64,000 nt of DNA from Octopus sinensis. Its lineage: Eukaryota. The notes beneath the pieces were generated by a model, which saw only the letters and a program-made list of their open reading frames with translations, did no database searches and was not told the DNA's origin. The translations under genes and the position numbers were made by a program. Of the stretch, positions 49,721 to 63,708 are shown piece by piece (the stretch's first letter is position 1; the number at the start of each line of letters is the position of its first letter). The stretch spans positions 31,806,001 to 31,870,000 of the forward strand of contig NC_043014.1 in the NCBI RefSeq assembly GCF_006345805.1. The letters run 5' to 3'.

Positions 49721-51239
49721 GCATATATGTATATATTTACGTGCAAACACACATATACATATATGTAAGTATCTATTTATACATGTGTGTGTGCATGTCT
49801 GTGTGTGCATGTCTGTGTGTGCATGTCTGTGTGTGCATGTCTGTGTGTGCATGTGTGTGTGTGTGCATGTGTGTGTGTGTGCATGTGTGTGTATGTGCAT
49901 GTGTGTGTGTGTGCATGTGTGTGTGTGTGTGAGTGTGTGTGTGCATGTGTGTGTGTGAGTGTGTGTGTGTGCATGTGTGTGCATGTGTGTGTGCATGTGT
50001 GTGTGTGTGTGCATGTGTGTGAGTGTATGTGTGTGTGTGTGTGTGCATGTGTGTGTGTGTGCATGTGTGTCTGTGTATGCATGTGTGTGTGTGTGTGTGT
50101 GTGTGTATAAATCCATAGATACACAATTAAGATTTATTACTATGCACAGAGAAATTAGGGAAACCACTCAGCTTCTACAATTTGACTTAATTACTAAAAT
50201 GATAAAGCTGTTTCTTCTTCTTTTCCTCCTCCTCCTCTTCCTCCTCCTCCTCCTCCTAGCCGTCGTCGTCATTGTCGTCATTGTCTTTGTCATCATTATA
50301 ATCATGATCACCACCACAACCGCCACCACCACCACCATCATCATCCATTTTCTTCCTCCAACCCATCTCAGTTTGTTATATCATTATTTATTTGCATAAC
50401 ATTGTTGTTGTTTAACTCTAGATCAGCCCTGATTGATAGACTTATGATCCAAGAGCTTCCAATCATGACCATCCCATCGTTTTCTCAGTACAAAGAACCC
50501 ATGAATACATTATCCATTATATTAAGGCGGTGAGCTTGCAAAATCATTAGCACGCTAAGGCGGTGAGCTGGCAGAAATGTTAGCACACCGGGCAAAATGC
50601 TTAGCGGTATTTCAACTGTCTTTACGTTCTGAGTTCAAATTCTGCCAAGGTCAACTTTGTTTTTAATCCTTTTAAGGTTGATAAGTTAAGTACAAGTTGT
50701 GTATTGGGGCCAATCTAATCGACTGGCCCCCTCCTTCAAAATTTTGGGCCTTGTACCTAGAGTAGAAAAGATTATCCATTATATTCCTTTTAAGATATTG
50801 GTGTGTGATTTGAAGTAAATTTTACTACTTTTTCTAGCATTTCAAGTGACCACACACATAGGCTTCCCAATTTGCTTGGTTGGCTTCCTCTATAACATTA
50901 AGTTGTTTGGTATTTTGTACAATTGTTGTCTTCTTCTTCTTCTTCTTCTTCTTCTTTTCTTCTTCTTCTTCTTCTTCTTCTTCTTTTCTTCTTCTTCTTC
51001 TTCTTCTTCTTCTTCTTCTTCTTCTTCTACTTCTTCTTCTTCTTCTTCTTCTTCACAATACCCAGTCTGGGAATCGAAACTGCGTTCCTACGACCACGAG
51101 TCTGCTGCCCTAACCACTGGGCCATTGTGCCTCCATTACAGTTGTTGTTGCTTCATCCCAGGCCAGCTCTTGGACATTGGCTGTTTTTTCTAGCATACTG
51201 ATACTTGTAGAAGCACCTATATTAACATGTTTTTGTTTT

Positions 51240-52150
51240 TATTACGGAAGAAGTCCAGCAGACTTTGGTGCCTATAATGGATGATTCTTGTCTGCTATGA
51301 TATATGTCTATGCTTTTATGCACTATGCATCTCTATGAGAGGACCTCATAATGCTAATGTCCCAGTATTTAGCTTTCTTACAAGATAACCACATTAAATT
51401 GGGTATAAAGATTGCCTTTTGGTTTTAATATAGATGCTGTCACTCATAATTATTTTTCAATAAATCTGCTGGCTATTGGTGACTGGAAAGGCACTGATAT
51501 TCTACAAACTGTGGCAGTGAGATTTGGCTGAAATGAGGCCACCAGATACCTGCCACTGAAGAAGTCCAGTAGACTGAAATCACTTGATCTGGCAGGTCCA
51601 GCACCCATACCAAATGATTCTTTGTCTGCTACAACATGTCTGTGCTTTTTTGCACCATGTGTCCATATGAAAGGACCTGTCAATGCTAATACTGCAGTTT
51701 TTTGGCATTCCAAAAAGACAGCCACATTAAACTGGATATAAAGATTGCCCTTTAGTACTGATATAAATTCTGTTACTAATACTTATTATTTAATAAACTC
51801 ACTGACTATTTGTGACAACAGTAACTGAAAAGACACTAATGGCAGCAAGAATTGGCTGAAATCATGTAATCTGGCAGTTCTGGTACCTATAAGAAGCATG
51901 GAACAAACTGCTGGCAATCAGTTGTTAGTTATCAGAACACTGCATCCTTCAAAACTTCCATGCTTCCTGAGATTCGCCAACACTGCACCTGATTTTCTCT
52001 CCTCCATACACACACAAGTATGTATCTGACTCATACCTGTTCACTTCCCAGACATTTGTACATTACTGCATATACTTTATACACACTTTTGACAAGTTGT
52101 GGTGCACCTGAGCACTGTATACAATAATTTCATTATTATTATTGTTGTTG

Positions 52151-52185
<35 letters not shown>

Positions 52186-52340
52186 TATTATTATTATTAT
52201 TATTATAAAAGATGCTTCTTGTCTGCTATATTAATATATCTGTACTTTTATGCATTATGTTTCTATATAAAAAGACCTTGCAAGGTAAGTACTGCAGTAT
52301 TTGGCACTCTATGTTAAGTTGGATATAAAGATTGTTTTGG
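51240..52340. repeat. Diverged tandem repeat, about 310-bp unit, about 3 copies; third copy split by a LINE tail
   Basis: Recurrent gaagaagtccag(c/t)agact, ttcttgtctgcta, ggacct, tactgcag and ggatataaagattg blocks. Confidence 0.7.
51942..52205 (+). mobile_element. 3' end of a CR1/L2-like LINE
   Basis: ORF end ASFKTSMLPEIRQH.T*, then UTR ending ttgtggtgcacctgagcactgtatacaataatttc(ATT)n. Confidence 0.5.
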
Positions 52341-53346
52341 TTCTAAGATTACTTCCATTGTGAATAACTGTTTTTTTTATTATTGTTCTTGTTACTATTG
52401 TTATTTTTGTTGTTGTTGTTGCAGTCATTAAGATTAATCCTTCCGTTACCATATTTCTGTAAAAAAAAACACTGCTTTTGTTTCAATTAATTTTGAAAAT
52501 AATGAAGAATTTAGTAAAATAACCTTATCATTATTAAGCTGATGTTTGGCGCATAAATTAACATGAAATTTTAATGAAAAGTTTTAAGTGAGATCACTTC
52601 AAAGCTGAAGCTTCTGTCAAAGAACCAAGGGTGGTCTCAGGCAGGTTTGCATTAAAAGCCTGTGTTGTTCTTGTCGTTGTTGTTGTGGCTGTCATGACTG
52701 TTATTAATGTTGTTATTGCTGCTGTTGTTTTTGTTGTTATTTAATCCCAGGTCAGCCCCTATTCCGTAGATCTGTCATCAAAGCCTTTCTAGCCATGACC
52801 TTCCTAACCTTACCAATAACCATGTCTACACAGCGTATAATCTGCCCTTCCTTTTCAAAAATAAGGTCATTTGTTGATTTCATGAAAATTTTGACTGTTA
52901 TTTCTAGCAGGTCAAGCGTTCATTGTTCATGTTCTTGTTTTATATTTTCTTTCCATATTGTGACAGAGCAGCTTATTCCACAATTACTGACCCACATGTC
53001 ATGTAATAATAGATTGGGAAGAGTTCGTAGCATGGTCCACTGGATTACTTTAATATTTAAACTAGTATCGATGCCACACTCCACTTTCTCTTCCACTCAC
53101 TGACGATCTTCTGGTCTTCTAAACACACACATACAAATATGCATACACACACATAAGCAAACATAAGGAAATAAGAATGCTGCAAGTAGCTGTATGTGTG
53201 TGTGTATGTGTGTGCATGCATGTGCATCTGTATGTGTGCGTATGTGAGTGCATAGCAATCTCTCTCTCTCTGTCAATCCATCCATCGATCTGTCTGTCTG
53301 TTTATGTATGTATGTATGTTTGTATCTGTCTGTCTATCTATCTATA

Positions 53347-53421
<75 letters not shown>

Positions 53422-53444
53422 GTGTTTTGTTTGTGTCTTATCTA

Positions 53445-53482
<38 letters not shown>

Positions 53483-53693
53483 ATATAAAGACAGAGAGAT
53501 GGATAAGCACATATAAATATATATACACTTATATATGTATATATATGTGTGTGTGTGTATATATATATAAATACATATATATATATATATGTATATATGT
53601 ATATATGCACATGCGTGTGTATGTATGTGTGTATATACATATATATGTATATATATATACATATATATATACATATATATATATACATATATG

Positions 53694-53732
<39 letters not shown>

Positions 53733-54556
53733 TAATATATATATATATATATATTTTATACAACACACATATATACATACATACAGCTGTGTTCATACAT
53801 TCAAACACATACACATACATATATACACATACAGTATTTCTTTTAATTATTATCTTCCCCTCTTCCACTACCATCGTGTAGGGGTGGTAGTAGGAGGAGA
53901 AGTTATGAGTTTCCTGATTTATTTCATGGATGACTGCATTTGTTGGAAATAATGTCAATTCTAAGAACATTGGAAAATTATCTCATACCAGAATCATCTA
54001 TAGAATATATATATATACGCTAATATGTTTAAGTATAAATATATATATATAAACACGTACATATACATACATACATACAAACATACATACATACATACAT
54101 ATATTCATAAATATATAAATACCTCTCTTTAAACACACCTGCATGGATAGATACGTGTGTTTCTGCAAATGTATATGTATATGTGTGTGTATAGAAATAT
54201 ATACATATATACATGTATACCCTTGCTAGCATGGAAGGCAGACGTTAAATGACGACGACAATGATGATATATATATACACGAATGCCAATATCTATATGC
54301 AGAAATATGCATATTTACATATGTGTGCATATATACATGTACACTTGCACACACCCACCCACCCACCCTGCACAGACCACACAGACACACACACACACAT
54401 ACATGCATGAATGTCCCAATCTATCAAAGTTTCAAATTTCATCACAAATTTCATACAAACACACCACACCACACACACCACACACACACACATATATTAT
54501 ATATATATATATATATATACATATATATATACATATATATATATATACATATATAC

Positions 54557-54620
<64 letters not shown>

Positions 54621-54649
54621 TTATATATATATATATATAGTATATATAC

Positions 54650-54695
<46 letters not shown>

Positions 54696-55181
54696 GTATA
54701 TAACACATAATATATTTGTATATTAATAAATATTTTATGTGTTTAACATTCTAAGCTAAATTTAACGTAGCTAAATGACAGTTTTTAAAGCAACTGCTGT
54801 TGAACTTAAATTTAAATACATCTTGTTCTCTTTGCATACTTGAAAAAGAACATTTCTGAGTGTGAAGAAAACAAGAAGACATATATGTGTTTGTGCATGT
54901 ATATACATACATACATACATACATACATACATACATACATACATACATACATACATGCATACATATGTACATACATACATACATGCATACATATGTACAT
55001 ACATAGATACATACATACACATATATATATAAATGTATGTATGTACGTACACACACACATATATGTGTATGTATGTGTGTGTGCCTGTATGTATGTGTCT
55101 GTGTCTGTGTCAGTGACTCATTGTCTTCACATTTCATAATTGTTGTAAATGGGTGTCATCATTATACAAGCAATGTTGTAG

Positions 55182-55243
55182 GTTTCCAATCTTCCATGAA
55201 AATTTGGCTGGCCTGGATGAAAGATTATCTTACTGGGCAGCAA
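55182..55243 (+). CDS. Candidate exon (FPIFHENLAGLDERLSYWAA or FQSSMKIWLAWMKDYLTGQQ)
   Basis: tgttgtag acceptor, strong donor CAA|GTGAGT, two open frames. Could instead be a LINE RT relic (W.KDYLTG). Confidence 0.2.
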
Positions 55244-55800
55244 GTGAGTATGAGTGACAAAAGATAAAATGTTTGCTATACAACACCTAGTAAGTTAATA
55301 TTTCTCCATGACCGGACATGTTTTCACAGAAGATTGGATATGAAGGACACTGGTCGCATAATGATGCTGTGCTGCTCATTTTACAACTATCATGCAATGT
55401 CAAGGCAAGGAGACACTAACTCACACACACATACACACACACACACACACACACCATACACACACACACACATACACACAATGGACTTCTTACAGTTTTC
55501 ATTCACCAAACTCACTCCCAAACCTTGGGTTGGCTCAGGGCTGTAATGAAGACATTTGCTCAAGATACCCATGCAATGGGATCGAACCCCAAAACATGTG
55601 GCTGGGAAGCTAACTTCTTACCGTACGACTACTCTCAAAATAACCCTCTGGTTGGGTCAGTAAGAATTGAATGATAAAGACAGAACTTTGAATTTCAGAA
55701 TAAAAACCAATCAATAAGCTTCCACACAGTTCCTATCATCACCATCATCATCATCATCATCATCACCACCACCACCACCACCACCACCACCACCACCACC

Positions 55801-55834
<34 letters not shown>

Positions 55835-56730
55835 CCATCACCATCACCATCACCATCATCATCTTCACCATCACCATCACCACCACCATCATCATCATCA
55901 TCATCATCATCAAGCATGGGTGGGACAGTTTGACAAGAGCTGGCCAGGCAGATGCCTGCACCAAATTTTTTGTCTGTTTTGGCATGGTTTTTACAGCTGG
56001 ATACCCTTCCTAACCCTAACCACCCAACACAAATTTCACTCCCATTACTTGGTTCAAACCAAGATGTTTGCTCCATGAAGTCCAGCAGTGACATCAAATC
56101 AAAGATTTCATTGATGTGAAGCAAGATTCTTAAGACTTCATCATACTGGCATCCATGTAAATACATGAGCATATGTTTCAAATTATGTATTTATGCATGC
56201 ATGCGTTTATGTATGTGTCTTTCTCTTCCGTTTGTAATCATTTTAATTCTTCCTCTGAAGAAGAAGCTGGTTTCTAACAAAGAAACAAAGCCCCATCATT
56301 GGGATGTAGATAATGAAAACAATGTCACATTTTAAACCTCAGAAAAGTCTTGCATAGTTTTACTGTTCCACTTACAGACTGTATTTGTAATATGCATGTA
56401 TATATGTGTATATGTATGTGTATGTATGTGTATGTATGTGAATGTATGTATGTATTTATGTATGTATGTATGTATGGATAGATGGATGGCTGTATGTATG
56501 GATGGGTGATAATTTATGTATGTTTGCATGCAATCATGTATGTATATATGTATGTATGAATATATGTATGTATGTACGTATGTATACATGTGTGTATGTA
56601 CATATGTATGTATGAATTTATGTATGTATGTATGTGTGAGTATGTCCATATATATGTATGTTTAGTGCATTTGAATCTTTTTAATTTAATTTTTTTTGCA
56701 TATGAATATTTATGTATGTATGTATGTATG

Positions 56731-56761
<31 letters not shown>

Positions 56762-56803
56762 TCATGTCTCTCTCTCTTTCTCTCTCTCTCTCTCCTCTCT
56801 CTC

Positions 56804-56843
<40 letters not shown>

Positions 56844-57269
56844 CGTGTGTGTGTGTGTGTCCATAAAAACCATAATATAATTTTTAAAAAAACAAATGCA
56901 CAATTCCTTTTGTATTGTAATTACTGAAAATTCATTATTCCAAAAGTTCATTATTACATATTCTAAAACATTATTCCAAAATACATTTTTAAATACTGCT
57001 TTCACTTATGAAAGATAATTATTGTCATGGCTGCCTGTTAGCCTTCAGTTAATAAATACAGCAGTGTATGACTGGAGGTATTCTCATTATAGACGTTGTA
57101 GGTAACAAGTGAGGTAATGCTATGTATAACCTGAATTTGTTATAAACATACTTATGTATATGAGGAGTGTGAGTGGGCTGTAAGGCAGGCTGGAGAGAGA
57201 ACAAATATATATATAATATATATATAATATATAGATACATACATACATATCTATCTATCTATCTATCTA

Positions 57270-57304
<35 letters not shown>

Positions 57305-57544
57305 AAATTAATAAATAAAACATATGCAATATACATACATATATGTACGTACCTACATCTACATGTATATATACATGCATATATGGGTACAGGACACCAA
57401 AAAAACGTTGAACACAATGAGAAGCGAAAACATAAACACAAAACCAAGGAAATGGACATTTTTCTTAAACAACAAAAAATAGAGTACAGGACATACAACA
57501 CAAGGAAAATTCCCCTTCTTCAGTCATATATATATAAGGAGGAG

Positions 57545-57860
57545 CACTCCATCGGTTACAATGACGAGGATCCCAGCTGATAGGATCAATGGAACAGCCT
57601 GCTCGTGAGATTAATGTGCAAGTGACTGAGCAATCCACAGACATGCTTACTCGTAACATAGTTCTCAGGGAGATTCAGCATGACACAGAGTGTGACAAAG
57701 CTGGCCCTTTGAAATACAGGTACTACTCATTTTTGCCAGCTGAGTGGACTGGAGCAATGGGAAATAAAGTGTCTTGCTCAAGGACACAACGCGTTGCCAG
57801 GAATCGAACTCACGACCTTACAATCATGAGCTGAATACCCTAACACTAGGCCCACGTGCC
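57545..57860 (-). mobile_element. SINE family C, near full length
   Basis: Reverse-complement head GGCACGTGGGCCTAGTGTTAGG..GAGTTCGATTCCTGG..GTGTCCTTGAGCAAGACAC; related copies at 37372-37600 and 43325-43480. Confidence 0.75.
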
Positions 57861-57874
57861 TTATATATATATAG

Positions 57875-57906
<32 letters not shown>

Positions 57907-57974
57907 TATATATATAGATATATATCTACATACACACATATATATATGTGTTACAGAGTGAACAAAAAGATTTA

Positions 57975-58680
57975 CCCTTATCATTCACTCTGTAATGCCG
58001 AACTGTATTTCAGCCTGTTCTCAGAGAATCTTCTTGTAAACATGTTTAAAGAACACATTTATCATTGCAAACATTGGAAAAACATACTTTTAGTTCCTAC
58101 AAGTGATTTCTACCGGTCTATAAAATTCGACCTTTAGCTGTCTTCTTACATTTCACTTCCACTAAATATATCTATTTCAACACCTTTAATCTTTATTCCT
58201 GTTCACCTATTGCACTATATTTCTCCACTTTTAATTGTCTGCTAATTTCTTTCTTCCTCCTCCTTCTCTTTCTATAAATTGCCTTTGATGTTATATCTTT
58301 TAATGCTTTTTTTAAAAATAATGTGCTAGTATTCCCTTCATCATATATGCAGTCATCACATTTGGTTAAGATGTCTTATTGATGTGTTTTGTTTCCCTTT
58401 TTTTTCCCTGACGAAAAGATTGCATTGTTTTACACCATTTTATTCCTTCTGGAATAATACCAATACTTCAAAACATATGTTGGAAGTATAAAGATTTGAA
58501 TAACACCTGCGTTTAACTCCATTTATCTATTTATCTATGTTATACAAAAAACATTTCACCAAGACATGGAATTCCTTCCTTTATAAGTAGGCTGTTACAT
58601 TTTCGGTACTTATGTGAATTTTTGCTACCCTGGTAACTATTTATTTATTTTTTCCGTGTTATTTGTAAACACTGAAAAAA
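57975..58680 (+). mobile_element. Penelope-like 3' end, family HH-A
   Basis: SLCNAELYFSLFSENLLVNMFKEHIYHCKHWK followed by pLTR; partial duplicate at about 59350-59510. Confidence 0.7.
58402..58487 (+). ncRNA. Degenerate branched-stem-II hammerhead (G12->A)
   Basis: TTCC-CTGACGA-AAAGAT...TACTTC-AAAA-C-ATAT-GTT-GGAAGT; stem III forms the perfect palindrome ACATATGT. Confidence 0.6.
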
Positions 58681-59122
58681 TACACATACATTTATATATA
58701 TATATATATATATAGTTCATAGATGAGAATCAAATATTCTCTATAAAGAATACACTTAAGGGGTTTTAAAGATGAGTGGATAGGGAAGTAAATGTAAGGA
58801 TAAGCAAGTTAGGCAGGTCAATATACAAAGTATATTAAATTCATGAAATTTGAAAAATGTATGTGTGTTTACGTACAAAAAAGTCTGACTTATACAGAAT
58901 AGAAATGATATCAAGAATTAAAGGGGCTAAAGAAAAGTATTACAAATCCAGCTGTTGTTTCTGGGGGCTTGGTGGTCCAAAATAATGTTTGTAGATTGAT
59001 TCCATCACTGGATGAGACGAACCCCCGTTATCTTACATTTGAGGTGTTGACAGAAAAAAATTCAAAGAGAGAACTTTCTTTATATTTTATATATACATAC
59101 ATTCACACACACACACAATATA

Positions 59123-59182
<60 letters not shown>

Positions 59183-60344
59183 TATGTATGTATGTCTGTA
59201 TATGAATACATAAATATCTATCTATCTAATACCTACATACATATATTTCAGTTTCCAATTACCAGTTTCACCAATACAGTTTTGGTTGACCCAGGGCTTT
59301 AGTTGAAGATACTTGCTTATGGTGTCACACAGTAGGACTTTACCTGGAACCATTTATTTATTTATCTATGTTATACAAAAACATTTCACCAAGACCTGGA
59401 ATTTCTCCCTTTATAAGTAAGCTGTTACATCTTCGGAACTTATGTGAATTTTTGCTTCACTGGTAACTATTTATTTATTTTTTCCGTGTTGTTTGTAAAC
59501 ACTGAAAATACACACACACACACATCTATATAGTTCATAGATATATATATATATAGCTTGATAACATTGTGTTTGCATAAATTTTAGATATATTGAATTT
59601 TTTCCCAATAAATCCAGTATAGATCAATTTATATTTTGTACCAATTTCTATACCTGAAAATACTTACACAATTGATTCGATTGTTGGTTTTGTATGATGT
59701 TATCCTCAAATAAAGATGTGATATTCTCCATTCTTGTGCATGTTACATACTCAGGATTTAACAAAAAATTCTTCAAAGCAATCTTTGGATATACTTATCG
59801 GACTGGAGGAATTACTGCAGATGTTAATTCAGTTTGAATCTATTGGCATCTGATTGTTTGATGTAGTTAATCAAGTGTAGTTAAATATCTGCATAGATTC
59901 ATTAATCTCTGTTACCATGTTGTTATATATATATATATATACATACATACACACACACACATATATACATGCATATATGCATGTATATATGTGTGTGTAT
60001 GTATATACTCTTTACTCTTTACTCTTTTACTTGTTTCAGTCATTTTGACTGTGGCCATGCTGGAGCACCGCCTTTAATCGAGCAACTCGACCCCGGAACT
60101 TATTCTTTGTAAGCCCAGTACTTATTCTATCGGTCTCTTTTTGCCGAACCGCTAAGTGACGGGGACATAAACACACCAGCATCTGTTGTCAAGCAATGCT
60201 AGGGGGACAAACACAGACACACAAACACACACACACCACACACACACATATATATATATATATTACGACAGGCTTCTTTCAGTTTCCGTCTACCAAATCC
60301 ACTCACAAGGCATTGTATACATACATACACACACACAATATATA

Positions 60345-60408
<64 letters not shown>

Positions 60409-60574
60409 CTTTATTCCTTTTTTTTATTCTTTAACATGTTTCAGTAATTTAACTGCAGCCTTGCTAGAGCACCATCTTAAAGGGCTTTTAGTCAAAGAAA
60501 TCGACCCCAGAATTATTCTTTGTAAACCTACTACTTAGAATATCAGTCTTTTGCTGGGCGGCTAAGTTATATGG

Positions 60575-61180
60575 ATGTAAACACATCAACCTTTAGTTCA
60601 TACAAGTGATATCTATCACTATATATAATTTAAACATTAATTTTCTTCTTACATTTCACTTCCACTTAATATATCTTTTTCCAAGACTATAGGATCTTAT
60701 TTAATATACATATCATTATATACTTCTCATTTATTTGGTTTTTCTTGCCTTTACCCCTCCTCTTTCTATAGGCTACCTCTGACATTATATCCTCTAATGT
60801 TTTTTTAAAACAAATAGCGTTCAGTTAATCATTATACATATCCATCATTTTCTGTTAAAATGTCTTATTGATGAGTTTCATTTCTTCATTTCCCTGAAGA
60901 GAAGATTACATTGTTTTACACCATTTCATTCCTTTGGAATAATATCAGTGATATCTTTGAAACATGTGTCGGAAGTAAAAGAATTTGAATAACACCTGCA
61001 TTTACCTCCATTTATTTATTTATATATATTATACAAACTATTTTATGTAAACCTGAAGTTTCTACCTTTAAAAACAAGGAGTTACAACCTTTTTACTTGT
61101 GTGATTTTTTGCTACCCTGGTAACTATTTATCTATTTTTTCTGTCTTAATTGTTAACAAGGGGAAAATACACACATCTAT
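60575..61180 (+). mobile_element. Penelope-like pLTR, family HH-A
   Basis: Homologous to 58090-58680 and to the reverse complement of 730-1000. Confidence 0.7.
60888..60976 (+). ncRNA. Type I hammerhead with branched stem II, intact core
   Basis: ATTTCC-CTGAAGA-GAAGAT...ATCTTT-GAAA-C-ATGT-GTC-GGAAGT; stem I 6 bp, stem II 6 bp (G10.1-U11.1), GUC triplet. Confidence 0.75.
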
Positions 61181-61610
61181 ATCTGTATATATCTATATAT
61201 ATATTTATATATATATAGAAATGCAGGCTTGGTTGTGTGCATACAGACACACATGTGTGTTTTACTTAAGACAAAACTATATGAATGTAATATAATGCTG
61301 ATAACATGGAATCAAACTGGATGAAATGTGGACAAAAATAAAATGCATGAAGTTACCTTAAAAAATAAAAATTTAAAAACTAATAAAAATTATATAAATA
61401 AATGAATAATTGGAAGTAAAGATATGTAAAATATATATATATATAAAATCCTTCAAGGCAATGCTCCAGCATGGCTGCAGTCAGATAACTGAAACAAATA
61501 AAAAAATAAAAAGATTTAAAAGAATATACATACATAATTCAAAAATTCAATTAATAAAAATGCTATGAATATAACAAATAAGAATTATTCAAAACATAAA
61601 GATAGAGAAC

Positions 61611-61649
<39 letters not shown>

Positions 61650-61669
61650 TAATAATAATAATAATAATG

Positions 61670-61703
<34 letters not shown>

Positions 61704-62493
61704 CAACAACAATGACGACGACGACGACGATGACAATGATGATGATGATGATGATGATGATGAAAACAACAACAGTAACTACAGCAATAATAACAACAAC
61801 AGCAATAACAATAACAACAACTATAATAACTTATTAGTTCAAAGTAAAATTTAAAAACAATACATGTTACCCTCCGTTTTCCCCACAAAAGAGCATTTCT
61901 TTTTATTTGTACAGGAAAACAATTGTGTAAAATAATATAAAAATACAAAGACAGGACGCATTGATAGAAAAACGAAAATGAAAGCTTAATTTTAAGGAAA
62001 ATATGATAAAATATAAAACTGAAATAAAAGTCTAGAATAGAATATAAAATAAACAAAAATATTTTTGTCAATTATGAAACGATGTAATGATTAATATAAA
62101 AATTATATGAAAAAAATGTAAAAATATAAAATGAATGTAAAAACAAAATTATGAATAATTTGATCTCTATATTATAATGGCTGATATAAATGTTGGTTGG
62201 TTTGTTGGTTGATTTCTCCTGTCACATTTTACACAGCATAGAGAGAGGTGGGGAGAGTGTAAAACATAGATACAGAATGAGCTAACATGAAAGATACAGA
62301 ATGAGCTAAATGAATTCTTTGCATAAACTCAGCCAGTGAGAAAGCGCCATAGAGACAGAAGGAGGAGGAAGAAGAAGAAGAAGAGAGGGACTGTGTGTGT
62401 GTGTGTGTGGTGTGTGTGTATGTATGTGTGTATACGTAGGTAAGTATATGTATGAATATATCTATATCTATATATTATATATGTATGTATATG

Positions 62494-63072
62494 CAGGGTG
62501 CGATGGGTAAATTGTTGCCATTTTATATTTTTAATTTTGCACATGTGCATTGTTCGTTTTTGATTTTGTTGACTACACAGTATAGTAGGGTCAGTTGGGC
62601 ACCATCTGTGAGAAAAAACAGCACTGTGATGCAATTCACTTTGCTAGAAATTTGGAAACGACATGCTGTACTTCTTGGCATTTATGCCGGAAGTTCCAAT
62701 GCGAACTTTTCATAGTGTTTGGATGTCAATCTGAGGAAAGTGCAGAGGACTGCAACCTCCTTGATTATTATATCTGGGGTGCAGTTGTGCGAGAGATCAA
62801 TAAAACTCCTTGTAACACCAAAGAGGAATGAAGGCAAGGATTATGGCAGCATTCACCAACTTAAATAAGGAGACTGTCCAGAAGACCTGCAGGAGATCCT
62901 GAAGTTATCTGGATGCTGTGGTTGAAGCGAATAGCGATTTGATAGAATAAATTTATTCTTTAGTATTTCAAAGAACTTTATGTAATTTTAGTAAATATAT
63001 CTGTTAAAACGAGATGTCCGTGTTATTTTCATTTTTGTGTAATTTAGATGACGATTTATTCACTGTATCCTG
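62494..63072 (+). mobile_element. Internally deleted Tc1/mariner (DD37D/maT-like) element
   Basis: Degenerate TIRs CAGGGTGCGATGGGTAAATTGT / CAGGATACAGTGAATAAATCGT, 3' TA; DCNLLDYYIWGAVVREINKTPCNTKEE..ARIMAAFTNLNKETVQKTCRR. Confidence 0.75.
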
Positions 63073-63089
63073 TATGTGTGTGTGTGTGT

Positions 63090-63139
<50 letters not shown>

Positions 63140-63398
63140 CATGCATGTGCACATGTGTGTATATACATATATATACATACATATACATATATCAGACAGA
63201 GACAGGCAGAAACATGGAAAATGCCCCTTGTATTTGAATACTATGCAAATAGTCTTTTTAAAAAACTTTTCTTTTAATTTTTCCAAAATTTAATTGTTTT
63301 CCATACTTACAGTTGAAAAAGTCTCAATGACTGAAATCAATACTGAAATTTTTTACAAAATTATTTTAGCATTTTCTACCTTGACTTTTTTCCATACA

Positions 63399-63460
<62 letters not shown>

Positions 63461-63596
63461 GTATATAATAATATATAAGCAATATAAAACCAAAGAGGTT
63501 TATAATTTTCCCATTACCATTTTACTGAATCAGCTATTGACTCATATGGTAAATACTATAAACTGACAGTTGGAATTTGACCAAACCATTCAATGA

Positions 63597-63708
63597 TGTT
63601 CGTTTTTGATTTTGTTGACTACACAGTATAGTAGGGTCAGTTGGGCACCATCTGTGAGCACCATCAGTTGGGCACCATCTGTGAGCACCATCAGTTGGGC
63701 ACCATCTG
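63597..63708 (+). repeat. Copy of the mariner subterminal region with a 27-bp tandem amplification
   Basis: 63597-63658 is identical to 62551-62612; unit TCAGTTGGGCACCATCTGTGAGCACCA at 63637, 63664 and 63691. Confidence 0.85.

Noticed and set aside
56250-56300. CTGAAGA...GAAAC hammerhead-like string
   Set aside because: No pairing stem II adjacent to GAAA and no stem I or III closure.
57380-57535. pLTR-like fragment with CTGAAGA on the minus strand
   Set aside because: Truncated, with no GAAA/UH half, so a hammerhead cannot be supported.
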